DNA from: Haloferax volcanii DS2
GTDB lineage: Archaea > Halobacteriota > Halobacteria > Halobacteriales > Haloferacaceae
NCBI RefSeq assembly: GCF_000025685.1
Contig: NC_013966.1
Span: 600,001 to 632,000 of the forward strand
Length of the DNA stretch: 32,000 bases
Direction of reading: 5' to 3'
The translations under genes were made by a program, and so were the position numbers. The notes beneath the pieces were generated by a model. It saw nothing but the letters and a program-made list of their open reading frames with translations, did no database searches and was not told the origin of the DNA. Positions 24,026 through 32,000 of the stretch are shown here, piece after piece. Position 1 is the stretch's first letter. Each line of letters starts with the position of its first letter.

Positions 24026-25435
24026 TCAGAGGAACGGCGGGTTCGCGGTCGGCAGCGAGATGAGCCACAGGCTGAGAATCGTGTAGAGAATCATCACCGC
24101 GACGAAGGGGAACTGGCTCCGGACGGCTTGCAGTCTGCTGGGGAAGGTTCGGTAGGCCTGCGAGTGCGCCACCCACACCGCGAGCAGGTGGCCGAGGAGG
24201 ACGAACGCGACGTTCAGGCCGCCGAACCACGCGGGGAGCGTGAGCACGACCGGGTTCGCCGGCGACGACAGCGGCGACGACAACGCGTGGACGAGCATCG
24301 GTGACAGCGAGACGAAGAAGCCGACGTAGTGCGCGAGGTGGTAGCCCGCGGCGATAGCGAGCAACGAGGGCGCGAATGTGACCGCGAGGTCGAGCGGCGT
24401 CTCGAAGGTGTCGATGCGGCGGGCGGTCACCCGCGCGGCGAGGACGTAGAGACCGAGGAAGACCCCGAAGCCGCCGAGGTAGAGCAGTCCGTAGACGAAA
24501 AGCGGCGGGAGGCCGACGCCCGCGAGCCACCGGACGGCCGCCGCGCCCTGTTCGGTCGTGACGAAACCGCTGAAGGTGAGTTCCCAGACGAGGACGACCG
24601 CGACGGCCACGTCACCGAGGTCGGTCAGGTCGTCGTCGGTGACGAGTCGCATCCCCGGCAGGCGGAACGAGAGGCCGTCGTCGTCGAGGCGAACCGGCGC
24701 GACCCGGCCGTAGAACTGGAGGAAGACGGAGACGGGGTCGACCTTGTCGAACCACGCGTCCGCGCCGACGGCGACCGCGCCGGCGAGCGTGACGACCGAG
24801 TAGGCGACGAGCGCGGTCGCGAGGACCGAGGGCCGGGTCGTGACGGCGGTCGCGGTCTCGACCCAGACGAGCGCGAGAATCCCCGCGACCGCGGGCCAGC
24901 GGCCGAGTCGCTCGGGGTACGAGACGAAGCCGTTCGGAACCGCCGAGACGAGGGTCCGCCACGGGTTCAGCGCGCGCCACGTATCAGCGACGAGATACGA
25001 GAGCATCGTGTAGCCGGCGCGGAGCCCCGCGAAGACGACGATGACGGCGAAGTTGACGGTCGGGACCTGCGGGCCGGTGTAGCCGAGGGAGACCGCGAGC
25101 GCGAGGACCGCGAGGCCGAGGACGCCGCCCGCGACTCGGAGCGCGCGCAGGAGTCCGTCCGAGACGCCCGCATCGGGACCGGTCTGCCACAGGTGGACGC
25201 GCTCGATGAATCGGCGGTCGGTGACGAAACTGGCGAGGAGCGCGGAGGCTCCGACGGTCGCGCCGCCGGTGGCGAGATAGAGCCACCGCGGGACCGCGAG
25301 GTTGTCCTGCGACGCGCCCGCGAGTCCGACCGCGGCGTTGCTCGCGGCCGCCGGGTCCGCGAGGAGCGACAGAAGACTCGCCAGCAGGAGACCGAGACCG
25401 AATCGTCTGAGGGAGATGGGTCGGAGTCGGGTCAT
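24026..25435 (-). CDS. polytopic membrane protein of unknown function (469 aa, about 12 hydrophobic segments)
   Basis: The start is MTRLRPISLRRFGLGLLLASLL at c25435, overlapping the stop of the upstream zinc-finger gene (ATGA). His-containing TM segments include AGYHLAHYVGFF and LGHLLAVWVAHSQ. Confidence 0.8.
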   Translation of the reverse strand: MTRLRPISLRRFGLGLLLASLLSLLADPAAASNAAVGLAGASQDNLAVPRWLYLATGGATVGASALLASFVTDRRFIERVHLWQTGPDAGVSDGLLRALRVAGGVLGLAVLALAVSLGYTGPQVPTVNFAVIVVFAGLRAGYTMLSYLVADTWRALNPWRTLVSAVPNGFVSYPERLGRWPAVAGILALVWVETATAVTTRPSVLATALVAYSVVTLAGAVAVGADAWFDKVDPVSVFLQFYGRVAPVRLDDDGLSFRLPGMRLVTDDDLTDLGDVAVAVVLVWELTFSGFVTTEQGAAAVRWLAGVGLPPLFVYGLLYLGGFGVFLGLYVLAARVTARRIDTFETPLDLAVTFAPSLLAIAAGYHLAHYVGFFVSLSPMLVHALSSPLSSPANPVVLTLPAWFGGLNVAFVLLGHLLAVWVAHSQAYRTFPSRLQAVRSQFPFVAVMILYTILSLWLISLPTANPPFL

Positions 25436-25689
25436 GATGCGAAGACGATGAACAGCATGAGGAAGCCGAAGTACAGCAGCACGATGACGCCGAGCGCACG
25501 GACGCGGAACGACTTGAGTTCCGCTTCCTCCTCGTGGTACGCCTCGCGGTACGCCTCGACTTCTTCGTCGTCGAGGTCGTCGGGGTGTCTCGCACCCCGG
25601 TGGAGGACCAGTAGTCGCTCGGTCGGGTACGCCTCGCCGCACGCTGTGCAGGTGTGGCGGTCGCGCGTCGCGTCTGTGTCCGTGGTCAT
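25432..25689 (-). CDS. membrane-anchored C2H2-type zinc-finger micro-protein (85 aa)
   Basis: It reads MTTDTDATRDRHTCTACGEAYPTERLLVLHRGARHP, giving C-x2-C-x12-H-x4-H. An acidic linker and a C-terminal TM (ALGVIVLLYFGFLMLFIVFA) follow. The longer track start at c25737 runs through lower-GC sequence. Confidence 0.7.
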   Translation of the reverse strand: MTTDTDATRDRHTCTACGEAYPTERLLVLHRGARHPDDLDDEEVEAYREAYHEEEAELKSFRVRALGVIVLLYFGFLMLFIVFAS

Positions 25690-25802
25690 CCGAGAGTCAC
25701 CGAGAGTTCGGGGTTGTTGGCTTCTGAACGTTTCCATCGCGCCGTCCGCGTCGGGGTGCCCGGGTCGCCCGACGGGGGGTGAGGCGGCGACAAAGCGACA
25801 CC

Positions 25803-26867
25803 TCAGACCTCGAACCGCATCGGCTCGAACGCCATGAACGCCGTCTCGTAGCCGTCGTGGCGGGCGACCTGCGGCGGCACGTCAACCGAGAGCGTCAGCG
25901 TATCGCCGGATTCGACGCCCTCGACGCCCGTGCCGTAGTGGTAGCTGAGGTCGGGGTCGAGCGTCCGGGCGAGTCGCGCGCCGTCGAGGGTCGTCGTCCC
26001 GTCGCGTTCGAGCGTGGCCCGAACGCCCATCATCGGCAGGACGAACTCGTTGTGCGGCGTCCGCGCCGAGACGTAGAGGTACGCACCGTCGACGCCGAAG
26101 CGGGAGCCGTCGTCGACGACGAAGGCGTCGAACAGGGCGTCGGCGCTCGTCTGCCGGCCGAGGTGGCGACCGGGGAGGTCGCTGACGGCGGGGGCTTTGC
26201 CGGTCGGAACGCCCATCATCTCCATCGCCGGGACCGCGCCGCGCGACCCGGCCTCGTCGCCGAGGCGGCGCAGTTCCACGTCGTAGAGGTCGTCCGTGTC
26301 GAACGCGAACTCGAACGTCGCCGTCTCGGCCGACTCGAACCGCCCGGCGAACGAGCCGGTTCGGGAAAGCGAGGTGCCGCCGACGTGCACGCGGGCCTCG
26401 TAGTCGCCCTCGCCGTCGAGGACGTAGTTCGAGCCGTAGTGCATCCCCATCTGCTGGGAGAGCATCGGGTAGGCGACCTCCTCGCTCACGAGGTCGCCGT
26501 CGCGGAGAATCTCGATGGAGACGCCGGCGTCCAGCGGGAGGACGGTCCCCGTCTCGGCGTCCCACAGCGACGCCATGAGGTGAATCGAGTCGTCGGCCTC
26601 GACGACGGTCTTCCCGAGGTCGGAGCCGGCGGCGGTCCAGAAGCGATGAGGGTACGAGTAGGTGAGCGCGACGCCGTACGGGCCGGCGGTCGTCTTCCCG
26701 TACATCTTCATCCCTTCGGTGACGGCGGGGAGGTAGACCGCGTCCGGGCGGTCGTCGACGAGCGGCGGGTCGCGCCACGCCGACTGCTGTTCGAAGCCGC
26801 CGAGACAGCCCGCGGTGGCGGCGAGTGCGCCGATGCCGAGTGTCTTGAGTGCGTCTCGTCGTTTCAT
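25803..26867 (-). CDS. Tat lipoprotein with two tandem FetP/P19/Tp34-like periplasmic metal-binding modules
   Basis: The signal is MKRRDALKTLGIGALAATAGC. Module 1 reads IHLMASLWDAETG...AYPMLSQQMGMHYGSNYVLDGEGDYEARVHV. Module 2 reads FVLPMMGVRATL...LSYHYGTGV. A Met-rich string (AMEMMGVP) is also present. Confidence 0.65.
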   Translation of the reverse strand: MKRRDALKTLGIGALAATAGCLGGFEQQSAWRDPPLVDDRPDAVYLPAVTEGMKMYGKTTAGPYGVALTYSYPHRFWTAAGSDLGKTVVEADDSIHLMASLWDAETGTVLPLDAGVSIEILRDGDLVSEEVAYPMLSQQMGMHYGSNYVLDGEGDYEARVHVGGTSLSRTGSFAGRFESAETATFEFAFDTDDLYDVELRRLGDEAGSRGAVPAMEMMGVPTGKAPAVSDLPGRHLGRQTSADALFDAFVVDDGSRFGVDGAYLYVSARTPHNEFVLPMMGVRATLERDGTTTLDGARLARTLDPDLSYHYGTGVEGVESGDTLTLSVDVPPQVARHDGYETAFMAFEPMRFEV

Positions 26868-27039
26868 GGTGTCTCGATGGCGTCTCGCCGGCTCGTGGTG
26901 GGCATGGGTACGATGTCGTGCGTCTCGGGAAGCGGGGAGTCACCCGTGCTAGCGGCCCGGTGGCAATGTCGGTTGCGCTTCCGCGTCGGGTTTCGAGGGG
27001 TGGTGCCGTCGTTATCAACTCCCGGATTACCGCACCACG

Positions 27040-27049
27040 TTTATATTTT
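27040..27049 (+). promoter_or_regulatory. TATA-like box for the histidine kinase gene
   Basis: The sequence tttatatttt lies 19-28 nt upstream of the ATG at 27068. Confidence 0.45.
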
Positions 27050-27067
27050 CGCTCGCGCTCCGTTCGG

Positions 27068-28717
27068 ATGATGAACGACTCGCCGCTCGACGGTCTCGAC
27101 GCCCGCGCCATCGCGCTGGCGTATCTCGGCTTCGGGACCGCGGGCATCCTCGGCGGCGAGCTACTCCTGTCGGCCACGCTGGGTGCGCCCCCGGCCCCCG
27201 AGGCCGAACTCGTCAAGGGACTCGCGTTCGTCGCCGTCTCCACCGCGTTCGTCTGGGCGCTCGTCTCCCGAAAGAACCGTCGTATCGAGCGCCAGCAGGC
27301 GTCGGTTCGGTCGTCGCTGGACCAGCTTCGGACCGTGGTCGCCGCGTCGCCGGTGCCGATTATCGCGGTCACGCCCGAGGGGCGCGTGACGAGGTGGAAC
27401 GACGCCGCCACGGAGACGTTCGGCTGGGGGCGCGAGGAGGTGCTCGGCGGACCGCTCCCCTACGACGCGGGCGCGGACAGCGAGGATAGCGAGGAGATTA
27501 TCCGGCGAACCATCGCAGAAAACGGCCTCTCGGACGTTCAAGTCGAGCGACAGCCGGCGGACGGCGACCTCCGCGAGTTTCGGCTTTCGACGGCGGTCGT
27601 CCGCGACGCCGACGGCGAGGTGGCCGAAATCGTCGGCGTCTTCGTCGACGTGACAGAACAGCAGCGGCGGGAGCGCCGCCTCCGCGAGTTCGAGCAGGCC
27701 GTCGAGCAGGCGGGCCACGCGATTTACCTCACCACGCCGGACGGGGAGATTACGTACGTCAACCCGGCGTTCGAGGAGACGACGGGCTACGACGCCGCGG
27801 AGGTCATCGGTGAACCGGCGTCGATACTCAGTTCGGGCGAGATGCCGGAGACGTACTACGAGCGACTGTGGCGCGCCCTCCAGTCCGGCGAGACGTGGCA
27901 AGAGCGAATCATCGACCGACGGAAGAGCGGCGAGCTCTACACCGCGATACAGACCATCGCGCCCATCGAGAGCAACGGCGACATCGACGGCTACGTCGCC
28001 ATCCAGTCCGACGTCACCGAGTCGGAGGTGACCAGACAGCGACTCGGGGTCCTCAACCGGATGTTCCGGCACAACCTCCGAAACCGGATGAACGTCATCG
28101 AGGGCTACGCGGAGCTGATTCGCCAGAACGAGGCCACGGACACCGACGAAGAACTCGCCGAGGCTGCCGAGGCCATCGTCGAGGCGGCGGACGACCTCGC
28201 GTCGCTCTCCGAGAAGGCGCAGACGGTCTCGGACGCCCTCGAATCCGAGGGAACGCCGCGGCGCGTCTCGGCGCTCGTCGAAGACGCCGTGTCGAGGGCC
28301 GAATCGACGTACCCGGAGGCGGCGGTGCGGACGGACATCGAGACGGGGCTCTACGCGCGAGTCGACAGCCGCGTCGGCGCGGCGCTCGACGAGCTAATCG
28401 CGAACGCGCTCAAACACGGCGGCGAAACGGTCCGTATCGACGTGCGCCGAACCGAAGCCGACGACTCGAAACTCGTCGTGCGCGTCGACGACGACGGGCC
28501 GGGAATCCCCGACGAGGAGTGGCGAGTCATCAAGCGCGGCGAGGAGACGCCGCTCGAACACGGGACCGGGATGGGCCTGTGGCTGGTCCACTGGGTCGTC
28601 AAGAAAGCGGGCGGGAGCATGGAGTTGGAACCGTCTTCCCTCGGGGGGACGGCCGTGACGCTGAAGCTTCCAATCGGGTCAGAGCGGCCGCGGACGTGGT
28701 TTTCGACCGACGAGTGA
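27068..28717 (+). CDS. membrane-bound PAS-PAS sensor histidine kinase
   Basis: The start is MMNDSPLDG at 27068, an internal Met of track ORF 26849..28717. There are two N-terminal TM segments and two PAS modules (PIIAVTPEGRVTRWNDAATETFGW; AIYLTTPDGEITYVNPAFEETTGY). The phospho-acceptor region is FRHNLRNRMNVIEGYAELI, and the HATPase_c motifs are NALKHGG, DDGPGIP and GTGMGLWLV. Confidence 0.9.
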   Translation: MMNDSPLDGLDARAIALAYLGFGTAGILGGELLLSATLGAPPAPEAELVKGLAFVAVSTAFVWALVSRKNRRIERQQASVRSSLDQLRTVVAASPVPIIAVTPEGRVTRWNDAATETFGWGREEVLGGPLPYDAGADSEDSEEIIRRTIAENGLSDVQVERQPADGDLREFRLSTAVVRDADGEVAEIVGVFVDVTEQQRRERRLREFEQAVEQAGHAIYLTTPDGEITYVNPAFEETTGYDAAEVIGEPASILSSGEMPETYYERLWRALQSGETWQERIIDRRKSGELYTAIQTIAPIESNGDIDGYVAIQSDVTESEVTRQRLGVLNRMFRHNLRNRMNVIEGYAELIRQNEATDTDEELAEAAEAIVEAADDLASLSEKAQTVSDALESEGTPRRVSALVEDAVSRAESTYPEAAVRTDIETGLYARVDSRVGAALDELIANALKHGGETVRIDVRRTEADDSKLVVRVDDDGPGIPDEEWRVIKRGEETPLEHGTGMGLWLVHWVVKKAGGSMELEPSSLGGTAVTLKLPIGSERPRTWFSTDE

Positions 28718-28801
28718 CCACACCAGCGCCCTGGTATTGCAGTTCGAGAACAATTCAACGGCGAGTTTCGAGCGGCGAACCCGTCGAACGAAGCGGCCGG
28801 G

Positions 28802-29218
28802 TCAGGCGTCGAGGAGTTCGACGAGGTTCCCCTCGGGGTCGCGGACGAACGCGATTCGCGTGCCGGTTTCGGTCGTCTGCGGTTCGCTGAGCGTCTCGGC
28901 GTCGGCCGGGAGTTGAGCGACCGCGGCGTCGACGTCCTCGACCGAGAGCCCGAGGTGGGTCGCACCGGGACGGTTGAGCGTCGGTTCGTCGGTGTCGGTG
29001 CCGACCGGGTCGTACTCGACGAGTTCGACGCGCACGTCGCCGCCGTCGAGGTGGGCGAAGCGCGCCGACGCGCCGTCGACGGAGACGGCGGTGGCGAACT
29101 CCTCGCCGCCGACTTCGAAGCGAGAGACGACCGGCAGGTCGAGCGCGTCGCGGTAGAATTCGAGCGTCGAATCGAGGTCGCGGACGGTGAGACCGACGTG
29201 GTGTGCGCTGGAGTTCAC
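28802..29218 (-). CDS. VOC family protein (glyoxalase/dioxygenase fold)
   Basis: This is the C-terminal 138 codons of track ORF 28802..29854, from the GTG at c29218. It reads VNSSAHHVGLTVRDLDSTLEFYRDALDL...ATHLGLSVEDVDAAV...IAFVRDPEGNLVELLDA. The upstream part of the track ORF is Arg-rich and looks non-coding. Confidence 0.8.
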   Translation of the reverse strand: MNSSAHHVGLTVRDLDSTLEFYRDALDLPVVSRFEVGGEEFATAVSVDGASARFAHLDGGDVRVELVEYDPVGTDTDEPTLNRPGATHLGLSVEDVDAAVAQLPADAETLSEPQTTETGTRIAFVRDPEGNLVELLDA

Positions 29219-29389
29219 GGTTCGTCTGCGCGCGCAGAGCCTCAAAGGCGCTTCGCTCGGAACGCGGGGCGACGCGAGTCGGTCGGTGTCCGGACCCGCG
29301 CCGGCGAAGACCGTATCGCATATACCCGCTCGGCCGCCAACAGAGGATACGATGGAACCGAGAGGTGCGCGACGCGAGGTGGTGCGACC

Positions 29390-29758
29390 GTGAGCGAACC
29401 GTTCGTCGAGTCGCTCCCCGGACGGGCCGTCCCCAAATCGTTCGTCGCCGAACTCGAGACGAAGGAGGCGATTCAGCAGGCCGTCGCCGTCCGCGGCTAC
29501 AACATCGAACGCGACGGCGAGACGGTCCAGCACGCCTACCAACTGGTCGTGAACGTCCGCGGGAAGTATATCCTCGGACTGCACCTCACGAACGGGACGT
29601 GGCGCGTCGTCTTCGACACCCGCGACCACCCGAAACTCGCACAGGAAGGCCCGCGCGCGGCCTACGAGGCCGTCCACGACGCGCTCTACGAGCGCGCGCC
29701 CTCCGACGCGAAGATAGATTTCGAGTCGACGCCGCGCTTCTGGAACGCCTCCCAGTAG
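29390..29758 (+). CDS. hypothetical protein (122 aa)
   Basis: A GTG at 29390 gives VSEPFVESLPGRAVPKSFVAELETKEAIQQAVAVRGYNIERDGETVQHAYQLVVNVRGKYILGLHL... Composition is coding-like from here to the stop. It is divergent from the VOC gene, and I recognise no domain. Confidence 0.55.
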   Translation: MSEPFVESLPGRAVPKSFVAELETKEAIQQAVAVRGYNIERDGETVQHAYQLVVNVRGKYILGLHLTNGTWRVVFDTRDHPKLAQEGPRAAYEAVHDALYERAPSDAKIDFESTPRFWNASQ

Positions 29759-30180
29759 GCCGTTTTCCCGACGTTTTCGACCGCCCCCGCGTTTCGAGTC
29801 GCGTGAGCGACGCGTATGGGACGCGCGCCGCGGCCGACACCCTCCCGAACCCACACCACCATGTCCGCAGAAATCGGGAGCGCAGCAGTTCGAGCGAGTG
29901 CGTCGCGCGAGCGGGAGAGTCGGATTCGCGTGTGTAGCGCGTCAGGTCGGCGGTTCAGCACCGACCTCCCCTGCGGATGGTACGCAGGTGGGATGGAACA
30001 GCTTAAATCCCGAATTCGACGGTTAGGAGCGCCCTAACCCCTCGAATAGACCGGTAAGTCGCTGCGAAATTAAATATATCCGGAACATACGGAAGGCCAA
30101 CAGGAGCCGGAACATGTGGCCGCTCGCGGTCCCGTGCAGGTGGGCACGAGGTGGGTCAGAGGCCGGTCCTGGGTAGAACA

Positions 30181-30612
30181 ATGGATATCAAGAAATTCCT
30201 TAGCGAATCACGCGCAGTCTCGCCGGTCATCGGCGTCATCCTCATGGTCGCGATTACCGTCATCCTCGCGGCCGTCATCGGAACCTTCGTCCTCGGTCTC
30301 GGTGACCAGGTCGGTGACACCGCCCCGCAGGCGAGTTTCAGCTTCGACTACGACGGTGCACAGGAAATCACGATCACGCACGAGAGTGGTGATTCCATCG
30401 CCAGCGACGAGCTGAGCGTCGTCATCCCGTCGGGCCTAACCGCGGATACTGTGTCGAAGAAGACCGGCTCCGACGACAGCATGAACGCCGGTGACACCAT
30501 CGTCGTTGAACTTGCAGCCGGCGACGAACTTGAGGACGGCGACCAAGTGCGCCTCGTCTGGACCTCCGAATCCGGTTCCAACTCCGCGACCCTGCAAACG
30601 TACACGCACTAA
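30181..30612 (+). CDS. pilA: archaeal type IV pilin (class III signal peptide, DUF1628/PilA-like)
   Basis: It reads [43 protein letters not shown]. This is the conserved pilin H-domain known from Haloferax PilA1-6. Confidence 0.9.
   Translation: MDIKKFLSESRAVSPVIGVILMVAITVILAAVIGTFVLGLGDQVGDTAPQASFSFDYDGAQEITITHESGDSIASDELSVVIPSGLTADTVSKKTGSDDSMNAGDTIVVELAAGDELEDGDQVRLVWTSESGSNSATLQTYTH
30211..30281 (+). repeat. 71-nt block identical to 30881-30951 (pilin H-domain coding repeat, copy 1)
   Basis: By direct comparison, cgcgcagtctcgccggtcatcggcgtcatcctcatggtcgcgattaccgtcatcctcgcggccgtcatcgg is identical in both genes. Confidence 0.9.
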
Positions 30613-30850
30613 ACGGTCCGCGGCGACACAGTCAACCGAACCTCGATTTTTTCGAACGTTACACCGTGAGCGACAGCACCAGCCGATTCTGGTACGAATC
30701 ACGCATGAGACGTGAAACGCCTTCTCAATACTAGTTTATATCATCGGAGAACGTCAGACAATCTGTTAGGTTAGAACGCAGGCGTTCGAGGACCGATTCG
30801 TATTTTTCTCAACGGTCGCCTCTCGTCCGGCACACCTAGGAGAAACAACT

Positions 30851-31291
30851 ATGCAAATCAAGACAATGTTCACGGAGTCCCGCGCAGTCTCGCCGGTCAT
30901 CGGCGTCATCCTCATGGTCGCGATTACCGTCATCCTCGCGGCCGTCATCGGCACCTTCGTTCTCGGTCTCGGCGACCAGGTCGGTGACACCGCTCCCCAA
31001 GCGAGTTTCACGTTCGACTACGACGGAACGGAACTGACCATCACGCACGAAAGCGGCGCGCAGATTGACGGCGATTTAGTCACTATCGCTGGCGATGTCA
31101 ACGTCACCGATTCGAGTGACGCAAACAAGTGGTCGACCCTCGGCTCAGACACCATCAGCGCGGGTGAGTCCGTCGTCGTCCAAGACACTGACGAGGACGG
31201 CTTTGCCAACGGCGACACAGTCCGCGTCGTCTGGACCTCCGAATCCGGCTCCAACTCCGCGACGCTCCAGCGGTGGACCTACAACGCCTGA
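30851..31291 (+). CDS. pilA: archaeal type IV pilin paralog
   Basis: It reads [43 protein letters not shown]... It shares the C-terminal VR(L/V)[14 protein letters not shown] with the first pilin. The alternative start is M6 at 30866. Confidence 0.9.
   Translation: MQIKTMFTESRAVSPVIGVILMVAITVILAAVIGTFVLGLGDQVGDTAPQASFTFDYDGTELTITHESGAQIDGDLVTIAGDVNVTDSSDANKWSTLGSDTISAGESVVVQDTDEDGFANGDTVRVVWTSESGSNSATLQRWTYNA
30881..30951 (+). repeat. 71-nt block identical to 30211-30281 (copy 2)
   Basis: Same evidence as for copy 1. Confidence 0.9.
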
Positions 31292-31455
31292 TACCGGAAT
31301 CAGCACCGCATCCCATCCCACCCCACCCTCCACCACTCGGAGTGACGATTTCTTTCGGACCCGTCCCACAGAGGCACCCGTATCTCGCTCCATCAATATT
31401 GTATTTTTAGCACAAACTTATTCGTCGTCAGTACGTACATCCGGACAGAGAGTTC

Positions 31456-32000
31456 ATGTCCAGCGACCCACCCGCCGTCGTCGCCTCCCTCCGCGAGCAC
31501 CGCGAGGACGTCGTCGACCTCGCGGCGACGCTCGTCGGCCACGACACGCAGAACCCGCCGGGAGACACGCGGGACCTCGCGTCGTGGGTCGAATCGTTCT
31601 TTTCCGGCCTCGGTATCGACGCCGAGCTCGTCGCCTCGGACCCCGAGAAACCGAATCTCGTGGCGACGCTCCCGGGCGCGACAGACCGGACGCTCGTCCT
31701 GCTGGGGCACCTCGATACGGTCCCGTTCGATGCTGGCGAGTGGACGCGCGACCCGCTCGGCGAGCGGGCGGGAAACCGGCTCTACGGGCGCGGCGCGACC
31801 GACATGAAGGGAGCGGTCGCCGCGATGCTCGCGGTGGCGAACGCGTACGTCGAAACCGACACGACGCCGGCGACGACCCTCGTGTTCGCGTTCGTCAGCG
31901 ACGAGGAAGTCGCCGGGAGCGCGGGGCTGCCGACGCTGCTCGACCGGCGCGGGCTCGCCGCGGACGCCTGCGTCATCGGCGAGACGACCTGCGAGAGCGA
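31456..32000 (+). CDS. M20 family metallopeptidase (ArgE/DapE/acetylornithine deacetylase-like); 3' end runs off the window
   Basis: I translated from the ATG at 31456: MSSDPPAVVASLREHREDVVDLAATLVGHDTQNPPG...LLGHLDTVPF...GRGATDMKGAVAAML...FVSDEEV. These are M20 signature motifs. It is not in the ORF track because it has no stop in the window. Confidence 0.85.
   Translation, partial: MSSDPPAVVASLREHREDVVDLAATLVGHDTQNPPGDTRDLASWVESFFSGLGIDAELVASDPEKPNLVATLPGATDRTLVLLGHLDTVPFDAGEWTRDPLGERAGNRLYGRGATDMKGAVAAMLAVANAYVETDTTPATTLVFAFVSDEEVAGSAGLPTLLDRRGLAADACVIGETTCES

Noticed and set aside
26849-27067. The upstream extension of the histidine kinase ORF (track start 26849).
   Set aside because: The extension overlaps the lipoprotein gene start and GC-rich intergenic DNA. 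A TATA-like box at 27040-27049 and the onset of TM helices support the ATG at 27068.
29219-29854. The long N-terminal extension of the VOC ORF (track 28802-29854, 350 aa).
   Set aside because: The extension is Arg/Gly-rich, has no VOC-family similarity and overlaps the oppositely oriented coding-like frame at 29390-29758. The glyoxalase fold starts at the GTG at c29218.
1-32000. CRISPR arrays, IS elements or transposases, integrases, tRNA or rRNA genes, prophage genes.
   Set aside because: I scanned for regularly spaced direct repeats, terminal inverted repeats with a transposase ORF, and tRNA-like cloverleaf candidates in the intergenic gaps, and found none. The AT-rich patches are short and lack mobile-element genes.

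Overview
This looks like a haloarchaeal (class Halobacteria, probably Haloferacaceae-like) chromosomal segment. It is very GC-rich, encodes acidic proteins, has many Tat/lipobox signal peptides, a HalOD1 protein and PilA-type pilins with the conserved H-domain. I support about 33 intact genes and 2 gene remnants, mostly on the minus strand, and found no rRNA, tRNA, CRISPR array, transposase or integrase. Because of the GC content, most long ORFs in the six-frame track are Arg/Pro-rich antisense artefacts. The content is housekeeping (nucleotidyltransferase, GlmM-like mutase, cold-shock protein, M20 peptidase) mixed with a strong metal theme. That theme includes an orphan NosL-like lipoprotein, a ZnuABC-type zinc importer, a HiPIP-like protein, a Zn/Cd-type P1B ATPase, and next to it an uncharacterised three-gene operon. 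The operon (24026-26867) encodes a double FetP/P19-like lipoprotein, a membrane-anchored C2H2 zinc-finger micro-protein and a 469-aa polytopic membrane protein, and it is my best candidate for an undescribed system. Other items worth a second look are two tandem membrane-anchored wHTH paralogs around an AT-rich spacer, MCP and CheW fragments packed against an MFS gene, and a frame discontinuity at the znuB 5' end. There is also a PD-(D/E)xK-like two-gene cassette, a palindrome over the ATPase TATA box, and two mosaic pilin paralogs with a 71-nt identical stretch. All calls come from reading the translations and sequence by eye; no searches were run.
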